Shown here: positions 1 to 14,359 of the stretch, one piece after another
How positions within the stretch are numbered: the stretch's first letter is position 1
How the letters are laid out: each line of letters opens with the position of its first letter
Assembly: GCA_951406725.2 (NCBI GenBank)
Contig: OX597820.1
Location: forward strand, 75,888,001 to 75,952,000
DNA length: 64,000 nucleotides
Direction: 5' to 3'
Origin: Octopus vulgaris
Lineage: Eukaryota
Made by a program: the position numbers and the translations under genes
The notes under the pieces: generated by a model
Told to the model about the DNA's origin: nothing
Database searches by the model: none
The model's input: the letters and a program-made list of their open reading frames with translations, nothing else

Positions 1-198
1 CCTGTGTGTGTGCTTGCGTGTACACACACGCACGCACACCCCTTAAACTAATTCATTTGTTAAAACTAGTTTTTCCTGTGTTGTTTCCATTTTGTTGATT
101 GCCTTATATATATATATATACAGAGGGAGAGAGAGAGAGAGGGGGAGTGAGAGATGTATGTATATATGTGTATAAATATGTATGTATTTATAAATATG

Positions 199-278
<80 letters not shown>

Positions 279-822
279 GTATATATAAACACACACAGAT
301 ATATAAATACGTCTGTGTGCATGTTTCTGTCTGCACGTGTATGTGCGTACAACGAAGAGCTCCCTCGCCCCAAAAGTAAAAGACAACAATCTCCGACGCC
401 AGGTACATACTACTAGTTTTTCGACACACCCAACGTTAATGTTAGCTATGTGTATCTGGACACCATCACACACGATTACCGAATATACGCACCCATATAG
501 CTTACAGGAGAGTATCTAACTTGAAGTCTAACCAGTAGTCAAAATCCCGCTGAGTTACACTCAGACTTACCCTTTGCAGACCAGTTCTTTCTCGAGCATT
601 CATAACATTCTGGACAGTAAAATATTGTATACAATTCTCCAGCCGAACATATCTTAAATTTATTTGCCGTTTTTACACACAGTGATGAAGGAATGAGGAA
701 AACTCAGATCCCTGTCGCATTTTGTTTGCAGATACTAATAGCCGGTTCCTATGAAGTGTATTGCCGATAAACCGCTCCATACTTCAACTGTTTGTAATAT
801 TGCAGTCCTAAACAACATTGAC

Positions 823-861
823 GTGCTGATGACGGTTAGTATGCTAGAAACACGTGTTTAC
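823..861 (+). ncRNA. Minimal type-I hammerhead ribozyme motif, probably in a Penelope-like element (PLE) pseudo-LTR remnant
   Basis: gtg-CTGATGA-cggttagtatgcta-GAAA-CACGTG-TT-tac: canonical CUGAUGA core, palindromic stem III (ACACGTGT), 3-bp stem I, degenerate stem II. Confidence 0.55.
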
Positions 862-964
862 TTGGAAGAAATTTAACAAGATCTATCAATTGTTCCATCC
901 GTGATCACCTTGCTCTCTTCTATTTTGCACTACATTGAACTATATTTCTATTTCTTTTTTTTTT

Positions 965-1040
965 TTTAAGACGATAGGCGTCTGTGATTTGAAAGCGATT
1001 TAGCTGCTGTTTCTTGATGGTCGAACGACTGAGTAAGGGC
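965..1040. repeat. Old dispersed repeat fragment (family D)
   Basis: Motif gtgatttga..gatttagctgct(a/g)tttct recurs in either orientation near 5500-5550, 13440-13510, 13980-14050, 39010-39045 and 41985-42060. Confidence 0.5.
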
Positions 1041-1119
1041 ACGCACTTTTTTCTCGTTTCCACTTGCAGAAGCGTCCATAAAGTTACAGAAGCACTCAAT
1101 GACTAGGGTAAAGACATGC

Positions 1120-1163
<44 letters not shown>

Positions 1164-1557
1164 ACACAACACACACACACACACACACACGCGCGCGCAC
1201 AAACACACCGATATATACATGTGCACATACTGAAGCACAAGAAAGAGTCTGCGAGTGATGATGTGTGTGTGAGAGCGTGTGAAAATATGAGAGCAAGGAA
1301 AAAGAAACTGAACAAAGGGAGATGCAGAGTCAAAGAAAGAGAAAGAGAGAAAGAATGGGAAACTATACAAGCGGACTGACATACAGACTGACTAAAAGAG
1401 AGAACCAGATTTCAATGAAGGAAAAATAGCTATGATAAAAGAGACATACGCTGATAGGGACATACAAATACGCACACATGCACACACACATAGTCATGAA
1501 CATATACACATACACTCACGCATACACACAAACACGCGTACTCACTCTCTCATATAT

Positions 1558-1594
<37 letters not shown>

Positions 1595-2011
1595 CGCACA
1601 CACATGCATACACACATACACGCACACGTGCGCGCAGAAACGAAATCGAAGGGCTGTGTTCCTTAATTTTGGTAGTTTGGTAATGGTAATAAAAACATAT
1701 CAGAAAAAAGTGAATTGACAATGAGGTGTGTGTGTGTGTGTGCGTTTGTGTGTGTGTGTGTTTTCGTGATATTTGTAATTCTTCACAAAGGCGTGGATAT
1801 GTGTGGGTGGCCCCCAAAGGAGTGGTTTGTAGTACAAAATTAAACGGAAATGGGGCGATCCACAAACAAGAGGAGGACTGTTTTTATCAACTAAACCGAC
1901 CACTGGTAGGGAGGAAGGAGAGGGAGAGAGAGATTGTGTTTAAGAGCAAGAGAATGAGAGAAATGTGTGTGTATGAGAAAGAGTGGGAGAGACAGAGATA
2001 GACAGAGAGAC

Positions 2012-2046
<35 letters not shown>

Positions 2047-2245
2047 GAGACAGAAAGATAGACAGAGAAACAGAGGGAAACAGAAAGAGAAAAATAGAGG
2101 GAGACAGACTGAGAGAGAAACAGAAAGAGAAACAGAGAGACACAAAGTGAGAGTGAGAGGGAAACAGAAGAAGAAAGAGAGAGAGAGACAGATTGTGTGA
2201 ATGTGCTTGCATGTGTGTATATGTGTGAGTGTGAGTGTGTGTTAA

Positions 2246-2282
<37 letters not shown>

Positions 2283-3584
2283 GAGAGGGAGTGAGAAAAA
2301 ATGAAATAAAAAAAGGAAGTCACGAAATGGTAAAGGACAGGTGGGAGGAGATTGTATATGGGAGGGATTGTGTAAACTTTTAATTGTTATTATTTATTTA
2401 TTTTCATTATTATTATTTATTTTTCATCATTTAAGTGCAACGTAAATAAAAAAAAACAGGATGGAAGACAAGTCGATGAATGGAGTACTCTATGATAGCT
2501 CTAGGAACGCACAGAAGAAGAAAAGATAACAGCGAGGTGTAGTAGGAGGTGAAAGAATGTACGAGACGTGTTCTTTGATCGCCAGAACCCGTATCAGCCA
2601 GAAGAAATGAAATGACACAGCAGTACTCAATGAACTGTATTTGCCATGATTCAGGTTCGATTCGCAACTGTAACTTCTTTATTTCATGTTGAGTCCATCA
2701 ACAAAGCAAGTTAACCAGACTAATCGAATGTAGAAGGCTGTGTCTGATAAGAAGAAGTCAAAGGTTAAATGCTTAGGTATTTGTTTCGCAAGATTCCTCA
2801 TGTGAAATCGTGTGTTGAAACAGATATTGTCATTTATTTATTTATTTATTTATTTATTTATCTACTTCTTTCTTTCTTTATTTGCCAAATAAGCATACAC
2901 ACTTCATATTTGTTCTTTACTTCAAGTTTATTATTGTTCTTATTTCTGTGTCCTTTGTCTGAAATCTTTTGTCACACACTCTGTGACTTCTTCAGCGATT
3001 CTCCATCCAATATGTCTCTTCCTGCGTATGATTATTTAGAAGAAAAAAAATAAATAAATAAACTGACTATCCCGAAATATAACAGCAAAAGTTAAACACT
3101 ATGATTACTATGGACATGACAACTATTTCTAATTCTTATTCCGATATAGATATCGGCCAGAGTTGGCTAAAACCACAAGTAACTTAATAGCACCACTAAA
3201 TAGTACTTTATTTTACCAAAACAAAAAGGATGAAAGGCAAAGCAGAGCATAGTTGACCTTGGCGAAATTTGAACGCGAAACAGTCACTGATATTCCATGT
3301 AACGCTCATAGTAGGATATGGCTGTATATGAATACAGGACATCTGCAAATGAAAACACGTGATCTTGAATTTCCGGCTCACGTAACCGACGACGCTTATC
3401 TACTAGTGATATAAATATGGGTGCTTTTATGCATCATGCGTCCATATGAGAAGTCCTCTCAAGTTCTAATAACACAGTATTCAGAGCGCTAACAATACAT
3501 CCACGTTAAGTTGGATACAAAAATTGCCTTTTGAATTTAATACTATTTATGTCGTTAATAATATGTGTGTGTATGTGTGTGTGT

Positions 3585-3727
3585 ACATGATGGGCTCCAA
3601 TCCATTACCGTTTATCAAATTCACTCACGAAGCTTTGGTCAGCCCAGAACTGGTGTCATAAAGTGGGGCTGAACGCAAGTTCACATGGTTGGGAAGCAAG
3701 TTACTTAACCACACGGCCATACCTGCA
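3585..3727 (-). mobile_element. SINE-B 5' half, degenerate
   Basis: Reverse complement matches the SINE-B head ggc(c/t)gtgtggt(t)aagtaacttgcttcccaaccat. Confidence 0.65.
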
Positions 3728-4288
3728 ACTCTTATTGCAATTGTATTAAAATCGACAAAAAGTTTTCAAGAATTCAACACCTTTGATTCACGAACCAGGT
3801 CTCTTGTTTCATTACTCATTGGTGCCAATCGATTGAACTTGGCTGGGAAATATTAATTATAGATGATTCTTCCTTTATTGGTGTCAAATTATTCACTTGC
3901 CAACTGATTAGTAACGTGGCAGGTGAAAATTAATCAATGGTTTTATGTTATTATTTGTCCTATTTATAATATGTACTTATTTTACTTTTAATATTAAGAA
4001 CGTTCATGTCAAACCACTACATAAAATACCCACTCAAGTTGGTAGTATTCTAAAAAAATTTTAATGTTAAGCGAGGCGCTAATTTGACAGCTGGAGAAAG
4101 TCAGACATTTTGGAAATAAGAAAAAAAAGACGACAAAAAAACATTGCTTTTTTTATATAAATATTTCGTTTTTAACTTTTTAGAACATTGAGTTTATACG
4201 GTACTGAAAACGAACTGTAACATCGATTCTGTCATTCTGCCAATGTTCAACAGACTGACATACATACATACATACATACATACATACA

Positions 4289-4319
<31 letters not shown>

Positions 4320-4370
4320 GTATGTATATAACTATGTGTGTCTATACATGCACACATATATATACATATG

Positions 4371-4431
<61 letters not shown>

Positions 4432-4830
4432 AACAATGAACGCTTTGCATTTTACAGCAGAAACTGCTGTAAGCTAATAAAGTTCATTACAGAATTTCTT
4501 CTTTCGTTGCGCCTTTGCCATTTATATAATTTCTTATTGCGCTCTGTTCTCGGCTAACACTTTATTTCTGAAGCAAAAATTATACTGAGTTATGACAACA
4601 AGGTATTATTGCTATGCCTAAGTGAAATATTAATAAGTATTAATATGTAAGTGTATGTGTATGAAATGCCTTACTCAAGGATATAACACTCTACACAGTG
4701 CAAGATTTTCAACCCAATATTCTAACCACTAGGTCACGCGCCTTCGTACGAAAGAAAAGTATGAAAGAATCGAGGTAATATGGGAACCGCTAAACCTGTG
4801 ATTTTTTTTGATTTTTTTCACATTTTGGAC

Positions 4831-4944
4831 AGCGTAGGCTCGAAATGTAAAAGACTTTTTTTCATTTTTCCTGAGCTTCAAACTAATGCACTTGTTTGTT
4901 CTTCATACACCTGTTTCGTCTTTTGCTTTTCTATAAATTTCAAC

Positions 4945-4947
<3 letters not shown>
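4831..4947 (+). mobile_element. PLE-like short element (family P1), truncated within the hammerhead motif
   Basis: agcgtaggctcgaaatgtaaaagac...cctgagc...cacctgtttcgtcttttg is homologous to 45944-46141 and ends in (TA)n. Confidence 0.65.
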
Positions 4948-4977
<30 letters not shown>

Positions 4978-4982
<5 letters not shown>

Positions 4983-5180
4983 GGAAAATTTCAAGATAGA
5001 AAATGCTAAAATAATTTTACAAAAAACATTTCAGTACCGGTTTCAGTCAATGTGACTTTTTCAACTGTAGCAATTAAATAATTAAAATTAGAAAAATTAA
5101 AAGAAAAGTTCTTTTAAAGAATATTTGTATAGTGTTCAAATACAAGTGGCATTTTCCTTATTTCTACCTGTCTCTGTCTC
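4978..5180 (-). mobile_element. PLE-like short element (family P4) with hammerhead-like motif at 5032-5067
   Basis: Reverse complement cag-TTGAAAA-AGTCA-cat-TGACT-GAAA-CCGG-TA-ctg forms stems I and II plus a palindromic stem III; it abuts (TA)n. Confidence 0.5.
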
Positions 5181-5204
5181 TCTTGTTTACTCTTGTGGGT
5201 ATAT

Positions 5205-5410
5205 ATTTGTGTGTGTCTTCGCATCTACGTTTGTTCCCCACTGCTTGACAACCGCTGTTGTTTTGTTTATTTTACCGTAATTTAGAGGCAACGGAGACCG
5301 AGAGAGTAAGTACCTTAAAATATATATAGGGAGCGATTTATCCAACTAGGACCTTTCAAAACAATACCCCGCCATGGGCGCAGTCCAACTGGCTGAAACA
5401 AGTAAAAAAT
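5205..5410 (+). mobile_element. SINE-B 3' half, degenerate
   Basis: cttgacaaccg...gtttattttaccgtaatttag...catgggcgcagtccaactggctgaaacaagtaaaa tail. Confidence 0.65.
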
Positions 5411-5666
5411 GAAAGTCAAATTTATTACATATTGATGCGTTTTCCTCACTTGCGGCAGGACATACTTGGCAGACAGTTATGAGTGCAGAGCGGTTCATTA
5501 GTTGAGAGAAATAGCAGCTAAATCTCTACCAACTCACAATCTACGGTTTTACAAAATATTGAAAACAGCGTGGTGTGCCTTGGTGCCAGTTATTGTAACG
5601 TAGGTTATCATTTGTAAATAAATCATGGCGGAGTTGGACGGTTGAATTTTAAATCGAAATGTGACA

Positions 5667-5711
<45 letters not shown>

Positions 5712-6347
5712 CGCCATTTCGTCCTTATTTAAAAGCATTACACTGACATGAATCTAGATAATGTTGCAGAAAATTAAGCATTTTACGGAACGAAGGACAG
5801 CGTAATTTGGATATACTTACTATATGACGGTTGTAGTCCCTTTCAATAGAGCAGAAATTATGCCAAAATAAAAACAACAACAACAACTACTACTGAAACA
5901 ACATCTACAACAACATGTTGAATAATTGATTATTTGTATTCTTATCTATTTTTAACTATAATTTAACATTTCCATTCGGAAAATTAAATTTACAGTAGCT
6001 GTCAAATAAAATATATATCTTTAGTCTTGAAATGTTATTTTATTCATGAAAGATTTCCATGTATTTCACCAATATAAACAGTCAGATCTATTAATGCGTG
6101 CGTTATAGTACAAAATGGAATTATAATTGAGATGACTTGATAGGAATTTGTGAATAAATGAATATGCTTGAATATTCGGTGTGGTGATACACAAATATTG
6201 AAATACGTTCAAACACAATCTCACGCAGAATGATTATATAAATTTCCTCATGCAAATATGGAGACGACGAAATGAGGACCATTTTGTCATCGCAAATATA
6301 GATACAAACTCACAAATATATATATACATATATATATGTATATATAC

Positions 6348-6422
<75 letters not shown>

Positions 6423-6559
6423 TACGTACATGTATACATGTAAGTACATAAACGTTTAAAGAGAGATAGACAGAAACAAGGAGGAAATGGACGGTAGGGA
6501 GAGATATGAAGAGTGCAGCTATCTTATATCTTCTTACATATATAAATATAAATATATGT

Positions 6560-6623
<64 letters not shown>

Positions 6624-6641
6624 GTATACGAATACACATAT

Positions 6642-6708
<67 letters not shown>

Positions 6709-7020
6709 TATGTTGGATGTATGTATATATAGCTGCATGCACAGATACATATCTTCATATACATATATATATATCAGTATACATGTATATGTGTTCGTAT
6801 ATATTTGTATATATGTGTATGCGTGTATGTGTGTGTCTGTCTGTGTGTGTGTGTGTGCATGCATATCATTACACATATATACACACACTCACATAGGATA
6901 ATCATTTCATGGCAATACCAAAACCAAAATACAATACAAACATACGCACAACATAGACACATTCATTTAACAGTACATACATCAGCAATCAGCACTATCA
7001 TCATCATCACCATCATCATC

Positions 7021-7090
<70 letters not shown>

Positions 7091-7285
7091 GTGTTGACTA
7101 ATGGATTTCCCCATAGGGGGTTCTGCAAGGAGGCGAATCAATTATATGGCAAATGTACTCGATCTGTCCTTTCGAATCTACGTTTGATTGTATCACTTGA
7201 CTACATGAGGTGTAAAGAAGTAAGCAATGTATCACATGTGATTACAACACATACCTTATTATTATCATTATTATTATTATTATTA

Positions 7286-7337
<52 letters not shown>

Positions 7338-7365
7338 GGGAACATTTTAGGTCGGAACACAAATG

Positions 7366-7406
<41 letters not shown>

Positions 7407-7819
7407 ATCAGCATATATGCATGTATGTGTGTATGTATGTATATGTGTGTGAGTAACTTATATATGTATGTATATATTGACTATGGTGTGTAGAGAGTAA
7501 GGTTGTATGGTTGTATTCCTTACTCGTATGGTGGTAATAATAGCTCTGGTACTCGTGGTGGCGACTGTGTCATGGTGAGATTAGTAGGTGTTGTAGTTGT
7601 GGTGGTGTTAGTGGTGGTATTAGTGGCGTTAGTGGTAGGGTTGATGGCAGGTGTGAGGGTAGTAGTAGTATTGGTGGTGGTGGTGGTGGTAGTTGTAGTG
7701 GGGGCTGCAAAAGTTCTAGTAGTAATAATAGCGATAGTTGTGGTCTTGGTTGTAGTAGCAGTAGTGGTAGCAGCAGCAGCAGCAGCTGAAGCAGCAGTAG
7801 CAGCAGTAGCAGCAGGATG

Positions 7820-8190
7820 CTGGTTTTACTGCACTGCACTAACAAGCACATCTCAGTGGGTTTGGGCAAGAGCGGGGCTTTCCCATTTTCTCTTGTATTG
7901 GAAGCACTCCCCTTATAATAATACTTGTACACCATCTTGTAGTGCTATTTCCTGTATGCATCGCATACTTTCAAGTCCTAATATTTTGGTTATGTATTTG
8001 TCTGCATACTTTTTGTCACTCTTAATGCACCTATGCATCTTAATATTAAACGAATTGATTCAGAGTTTAGTCCTTGCAGTCTCCTTATCTGTATTTCCAG
8101 ATTTTTGTATTGGGTAACTTTCTCTAAATAATACACGAAATATACATTATCTTTTATTTCGTCTGATATTACAATTCGGGACACTTCCTT
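7820..8190 (-). pseudogene. Degenerate C-terminal restriction-like endonuclease domain plus 3' UTR of an R4/Dong-like non-LTR retrotransposon
   Basis: Minus-strand translation [36 protein letters not shown], then after a frameshift KKYADKYITKILGLESMRCIQEIALQ. This resembles the EKxxKYxxLxxEIxR..IPIIxGALG..LQKxAL signature of RLE elements. Confidence 0.65.
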
Positions 8191-8220
8191 TTCTTAAACA
8201 TACATACATACATACATACA

Positions 8221-8254
<34 letters not shown>

Positions 8255-8545
8255 CGCACACTCACAAAACACTCACATACATACATGCACGTCAATATAT
8301 ATATATATATATATATACATATATACATACGTATGTATAAATATATATATACGTATGTATAAATATATATATATATATATATATATACCTATGTATACAT
8401 ATATAATTATATATATACGTAGGTATGTATGTATATACATATGTGTATATATTTTAAAGTATATATGTATATGTATATATGTATATATATGTATGTATGT
8501 ATGTATATATATATATATATATATATAATTTGTTATGTATTATTT

Positions 8546-8578
<33 letters not shown>

Positions 8579-8583
<5 letters not shown>

Positions 8584-8908
8584 GGCAACACTAAAGGCCT
8601 CTTAACGATTAGCCAGAGATGATTTTTAAAATGAGAATATCTGAAATAAATTCGACTGATTTCATGAACGAGAATAATATGAATGAATCCGGCCGTTCTC
8701 AAAAAAAAACAGGAAAAATAATCTAGAATCATTGTCCGCTACCAAATCGATCCCAAAATCTAATGAGCTCGTGCTTGTCTCGAGGCCAAACATCCCTGAA
8801 AGTTTCATTTGAATCCATCCAGAGGTTCTTGAAATATCTTGTCCACGGACAAACAAGCAAACAGGAATTAAAACGATGCCTCCGCCTTCGTGAAGGCGGA
8901 GATAATAA
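8579..8908 (+). mobile_element. Non-autonomous Helentron/HINE-like element
   Basis: Starts (taa)n-ACAAGG and ends with GC-rich hairpin CTCCGCCTTC-gt-GAAGGCGGAG (8880-8901) followed by ataa; contains a cggacaaacaa-type microrepeat. Confidence 0.55.
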
Positions 8909-10467
8909 CAGCGATTTATATTATGCTAGGATTACTCAACATTTCTTGTTGAATGAGGTCCGATGAAGATGAGGAGGTTGAAATTTGAGGTCACTGACAC
9001 ACACTTCTTGTAAAAATATAAATGATTGGGCGGTGTACTTTATGTTTCTACCTTTTCTAAATCTGCGCAGACATACACGATCACATGCGCGCACAAATAC
9101 ACATACGCAAATACAAAAACTGAAACACACTCAAATACACACAAATTCATGCATGCATAGATACATACATACATTCCTACAGTGTAATTAAAACTTCAAT
9201 GTGTAATTTATAATTTTGCATTATGATCACCTTTTGCAAATGAAGAGTATGTAAGATGGTGTAATGAATATGCTATAAACAACAGCTCATGTTTTTTTTG
9301 TTTTCTATATACATACATATATACATACGAACATACTACGTATTTATATTTCATACAACTGACGTGAACGAATTAAAATCGCTTTATTTATTCAACATGT
9401 ATGAAATGATACTGGAATTAGCATAATGAGAATAACACTGGATTATGTTTATAAATTAAAGAAATTCTTTTTGCAGATGCCTGTAGGAAAGAGCGTTTGA
9501 AAAGTATTTGAGAGACCTTTATAGTTCCACACGTATAGACAAAGATGTTAAGTGACACTCTGTCGCAAATTAAAATAACTATGTTTCTGTGAAATAAACT
9601 ACCTTTCGATAACAATATAGTAAAATTGGAATTTATAAGAGTTTTCTAGAGAATGTAAATTTTAGTATTTGCTTTCTTTCAGTAAAGTTACATATTCATA
9701 ACTAATTAATAAGCAGCTTTCTTTATGATAGTACAGATGCTGAAAAACAGTAACTGGTATTTTCTTCAAATCATTTACAGATATTCCGGCTCATAATAAT
9801 CAATAATTTTTCAGGAATCAGTGAGAATGAAAAGTAACAGCATTTGGTGCAGTCATCTGTGGCTTAAATAACTCTTTCAGGATGTAATATTTTCAGCTTC
9901 AATATAGATTCTTGAAACAAGCTAGATGCCAAACAAATACAAATATGCTTGCATGGGAGTATGTTTGCGCAGGCTTGTTTCTGTGTATTTGTACAAGTAT
10001 TCTCAAAGTCACGTATGTATGTATGAATGGATACTTATATGAATGTATTCATGCTTTTTTTTTATTGTTTACAGTTTATATATTTATTTATTCAAGGCTA
10101 ATTTTAGGTGCATTTCTGCAAGTGAATGTCCGGGTAAATTGACAGCTATATCCCTACAAGTGCAGTGAAGTATATTGTGGCCGAATTTTTTTTAACGAAG
10201 AAGCAGACAAACGCGCGCGCACGCACACATACACACGAAGCATAGGAACAATTGTATATTTATATAGCTGAATATAATTAGGCATAAAAAATGGCAGACT
10301 TGTGCATGTGTAATATACATATATCTATAAGCAAACAATAACAATACATATTACACAAAAACACATTCAATACATACATTTATATATATATATATGCATA
10401 TAAATATATGTATACATATATATATATATATGTAAGTATGCATGTAAATATATGCGTATATTTATAC

Positions 10468-10534
<67 letters not shown>

Positions 10535-11099
10535 TGTGTGTGTGTGTATAAATATACACATATATTTACATAATTTTGTATGTACAAATAATCTATATAT
10601 ATATACATAGATACATACATACATAAATGCATATGTATATACATACATTTACAGGCACAGACACACAGACACAAACACATATATATATATGTATATATAT
10701 TATGTATATTATATATTATATGTGTGTGTATATTATATATATATATATACACAGACATATTATATATATATTTCTATAATATATATATATATATATGGAG
10801 AGAGAGAGAGAGTAGAATAAATTACCAGACGCACTCACTTTTTCTTTCTCCCTCTCTCTGTCTTTCTCCCTCTCTCTCACACACGCACATACGCACTCAT
10901 AAAGCACTTCCTTATTCTTTGTTCCACTGCCAGTGACATTCCTAATCTACCCACTGATTCCCTTTGGTTGTTAATACCATTTTGTGTTTAATTATTTAAG
11001 AAGACAGGAATCAGACACAGCAAGAAGAATAAACATCAACAAAAAGAAAAGCAACCACCAAATATTAAAAAAAAGCAACAACAAAACAAAGAAGCGTTG

Positions 11100-11101
11100 A
11101 G

Positions 11102-11153
<52 letters not shown>

Positions 11154-11920
11154 GCAATCACTATTACCACCGCCACCACCGCCACCACAATCATCACCAC
11201 AATACCAACACTAACACCATCACAAAACCCACAGTTTCAATACCACCACCACCACCACAATCACCACTATCACTACTACTACAACCACCACTACTACTGC
11301 TACTACTACCAACACCACTAGCACTACTACCACCAACACCATTGCTTCTACTACCAATACCACCACCACCACTATTACTACTACTACTACTACTTCTACG
11401 ACTACTTCTGCTACTACTACTACCATCACCGCCAACACCACCACCACCACCACTATAATCATCTAACAACACTAACATCACACTACAACACTAGCACCAT
11501 CACACCAACACTAGCACTGTCACAAAACCCGCAGCATCACTACCACCACTGTCACTACTACTACTACAATCACTACTGCTACTACTAATGCTAATACTAC
11601 TACTACCACTACTACCACTACTACTTCTACTGCTACTAATGCAACTAGAGACACCACCATCACCGACACCAACACTACCGCATCCACCTCCACAACCACC
11701 ACCTCGGCCACCATTACTACCACTGCTACTACTACTCATGCAACTACTAGCATTACCACCACCGACAACAACACCAACACTACCACCACCTCTACAACCA
11801 CTTCCGCCACCACTTCTAGTATTACTTCTTGAACTACTATTACCACAGCCAGCACCGGTTCTACTACTACTACCACTACTACAACTACTACTACTACTGC
11901 TACTGCTGCTGCTGCTATAT
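11100..11920. repeat. Compound (CTA/CCA)n trinucleotide low-complexity tract
   Basis: Direct inspection; source of the poly-T/V/S/L ORFs. Confidence 0.95.
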
Positions 11921-12247
11921 TATTATTTTTTTCTTCTGCCCATTATTTTTAATAATTGGAATAATAAAAAAAATTCTTAAAATCCAATTCGCAACAACCC
12001 AAAATTATGTACAAAAATTTTTTCAAAAAATGCATGTCAATGTGTTTGAAAGTGTGTATGCATATGTGTGTGAATGTAATTGCGTTTATGCGCATGTGTG
12101 TGTGTGTGTGTTTGTATGCATGCATTAATAAAACGTATACTCATATATATATATATATATATATATTCCTTTTACTTTTTATTTCATTCATACGCATATG
12201 TGTGCAGATATATATACATATATGTATTTATGTATATGTATGTACGT

Positions 12248-12292
<45 letters not shown>

Positions 12293-12315
12293 TGTATGTA
12301 TATATATTGTATGTG

Positions 12316-12351
<36 letters not shown>

Positions 12352-12367
12352 TATTTTTATGTATGTA

Positions 12368-12428
<61 letters not shown>

Positions 12429-12678
12429 TATGCATTTATATATGTATATGGATGGATGTATATATGTGTGAAATTTACGTATCCATAGACATGCAGAAGA
12501 GATACAGAGAGTGGGTGTATAGGTCAGTGCATGCGTGTGGATTTGGGGTGCTTGTGTGCATAAATTCATATACACATTTATGAACTCATGCCCAACCTTG
12601 CATGCATCATGTATATGCATATGTGTGTGTGTGAGTAAAAATTCACAGATGTATATGCATGAGCGAGGTAGAGAGAGG

Positions 12679-12719
<41 letters not shown>

Positions 12720-13310
12720 ATGTGTTTGTCAGGGCCTGTATGACTGTGTCCGTACGTGCCTGTGAGTGTGCGCATGCGGGAAAAAATCTTGTATTAAGAA
12801 TTATATTCTATAGTCTTCAACTCCATTCATCTCCTGGCATCACTCAACCAATACATTCCTTGAATCTCTCTCTCTCTCTCACTTTCACCCATTCTCTTTG
12901 TCTTCCGTTCATTGTCTCTCAATTCTTCTACCACCTCCCTCCTCTTTTGTCGTGTCTCGTGTATTTCTTTTCTTCTTTTTCTACGTCGTCTTCGCTTTCT
13001 TCGTCCTCCTCTTCTTCATCGTCTTAATGAATATGCCCAAGAGGTAGAACGAACCTACATAACCTTTTTAACGAAATATCACGGTGGGTGCCATAAACCT
13101 CAGGCGAAGCCATTGAATCATTAGCGGGTGTGTTGAACCCATGCTACGTGGATTGTGACCATCATCCATCACAATCAGCCATCACTATACCACCTCTGCT
13201 GCTGACGTTAAACATCACCATCACCGTCACCATCGCCACCATCACCATCGCCACCATCACCATCGCCATCAACACGACCATGACTACGACGACTATCATC
13301 ACTACCGCTG

Positions 13311-13369
<59 letters not shown>

Positions 13370-13599
13370 ATTACTTCTCTCTACCAGTGATATCACTACA
13401 CCTCGATAAAATCCTCACCATCAATGAGGGAACCTCTACATAGTGAATCGAACTGTTAGAACTAGCAACGAAATCTCCCTCAAATGGTACCATACCTTCT
13501 ACAGAAAAGAACACACTTAATAATGTTCTTATAATAATGTCACACATGGCAAAAAGAAGTTTCGTTTTTCCTTTTCATAGCTGGAAATATCCTTCGTTT

Positions 13600-13933
13600 C
13601 TTTCTGTCTTTCCCTTGCTTCAATCATTAAACTACAGCCATGCTGGAGCACCGGCTTTCAGATTTTTGTGTATGTATAGAGCAAATCGACTCTAATACTT
13701 ACTTTTGAAAGACTGGTAGCTACTATATCGGTGTCTTTTGCTGAACTGTTAAGTTATACAGGCGTATACAGACCCTCACCAATTATCAAACCGTGGGGTG
13801 GACACATACAGACATACACAAACACATACGTACAACGTGTTTCCTCAAAGTTCCCGTTTCCTAAATTACCCTCACAGTTCATTCGTCGGCAAGGGCTAAA
13901 GTTGAAGACAGTTGTTGAAGGTACAACGCGGTG
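13600..13933 (-). mobile_element. SINE-B copy, degenerate
   Basis: cagccatgctggagcaccg...gctgaactgttaagtta...gttgaagaca matches the reverse complement of the family. Confidence 0.7.
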
Positions 13934-14283
13934 ACCTTTCCAAATGATTTAAAAAAATTTTTGAAACACTAGAATATTGTTTGTGGGAGGGAGATTTGGG
14001 TGTTATAGTTAGCAGGTCTAGCGATTACACACGAGTTTCTACGCTCGCTCATGTGACTAAATTGAATAAATGGCTGTGACCGTGTGGAACAAAGAGGAAA
14101 TAACAACGAAGTGAAATCAGAAACAAAGGATAGAGTGATAACAATGGCGACCAGAAAACGTCAACAGTAACAATAAATAAAATGGCTGCCAAAACAAGAA
14201 GTATTGGGTCAAAAGCAATGAAATTCCTCCATTTTAAAATCTATTGGAAAAGATTGAGGAGACAATTGAATTATTTGTGACTG

Positions 14284-14359
<76 letters not shown>

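Noticed and set aside
330-820. Possible GIY-YIG coding remnant upstream of the first hammerhead motif
   Set aside because: I could not recognise GIY-YIG or RT motifs by eye in the frames I read; it needs a translated HMM search.
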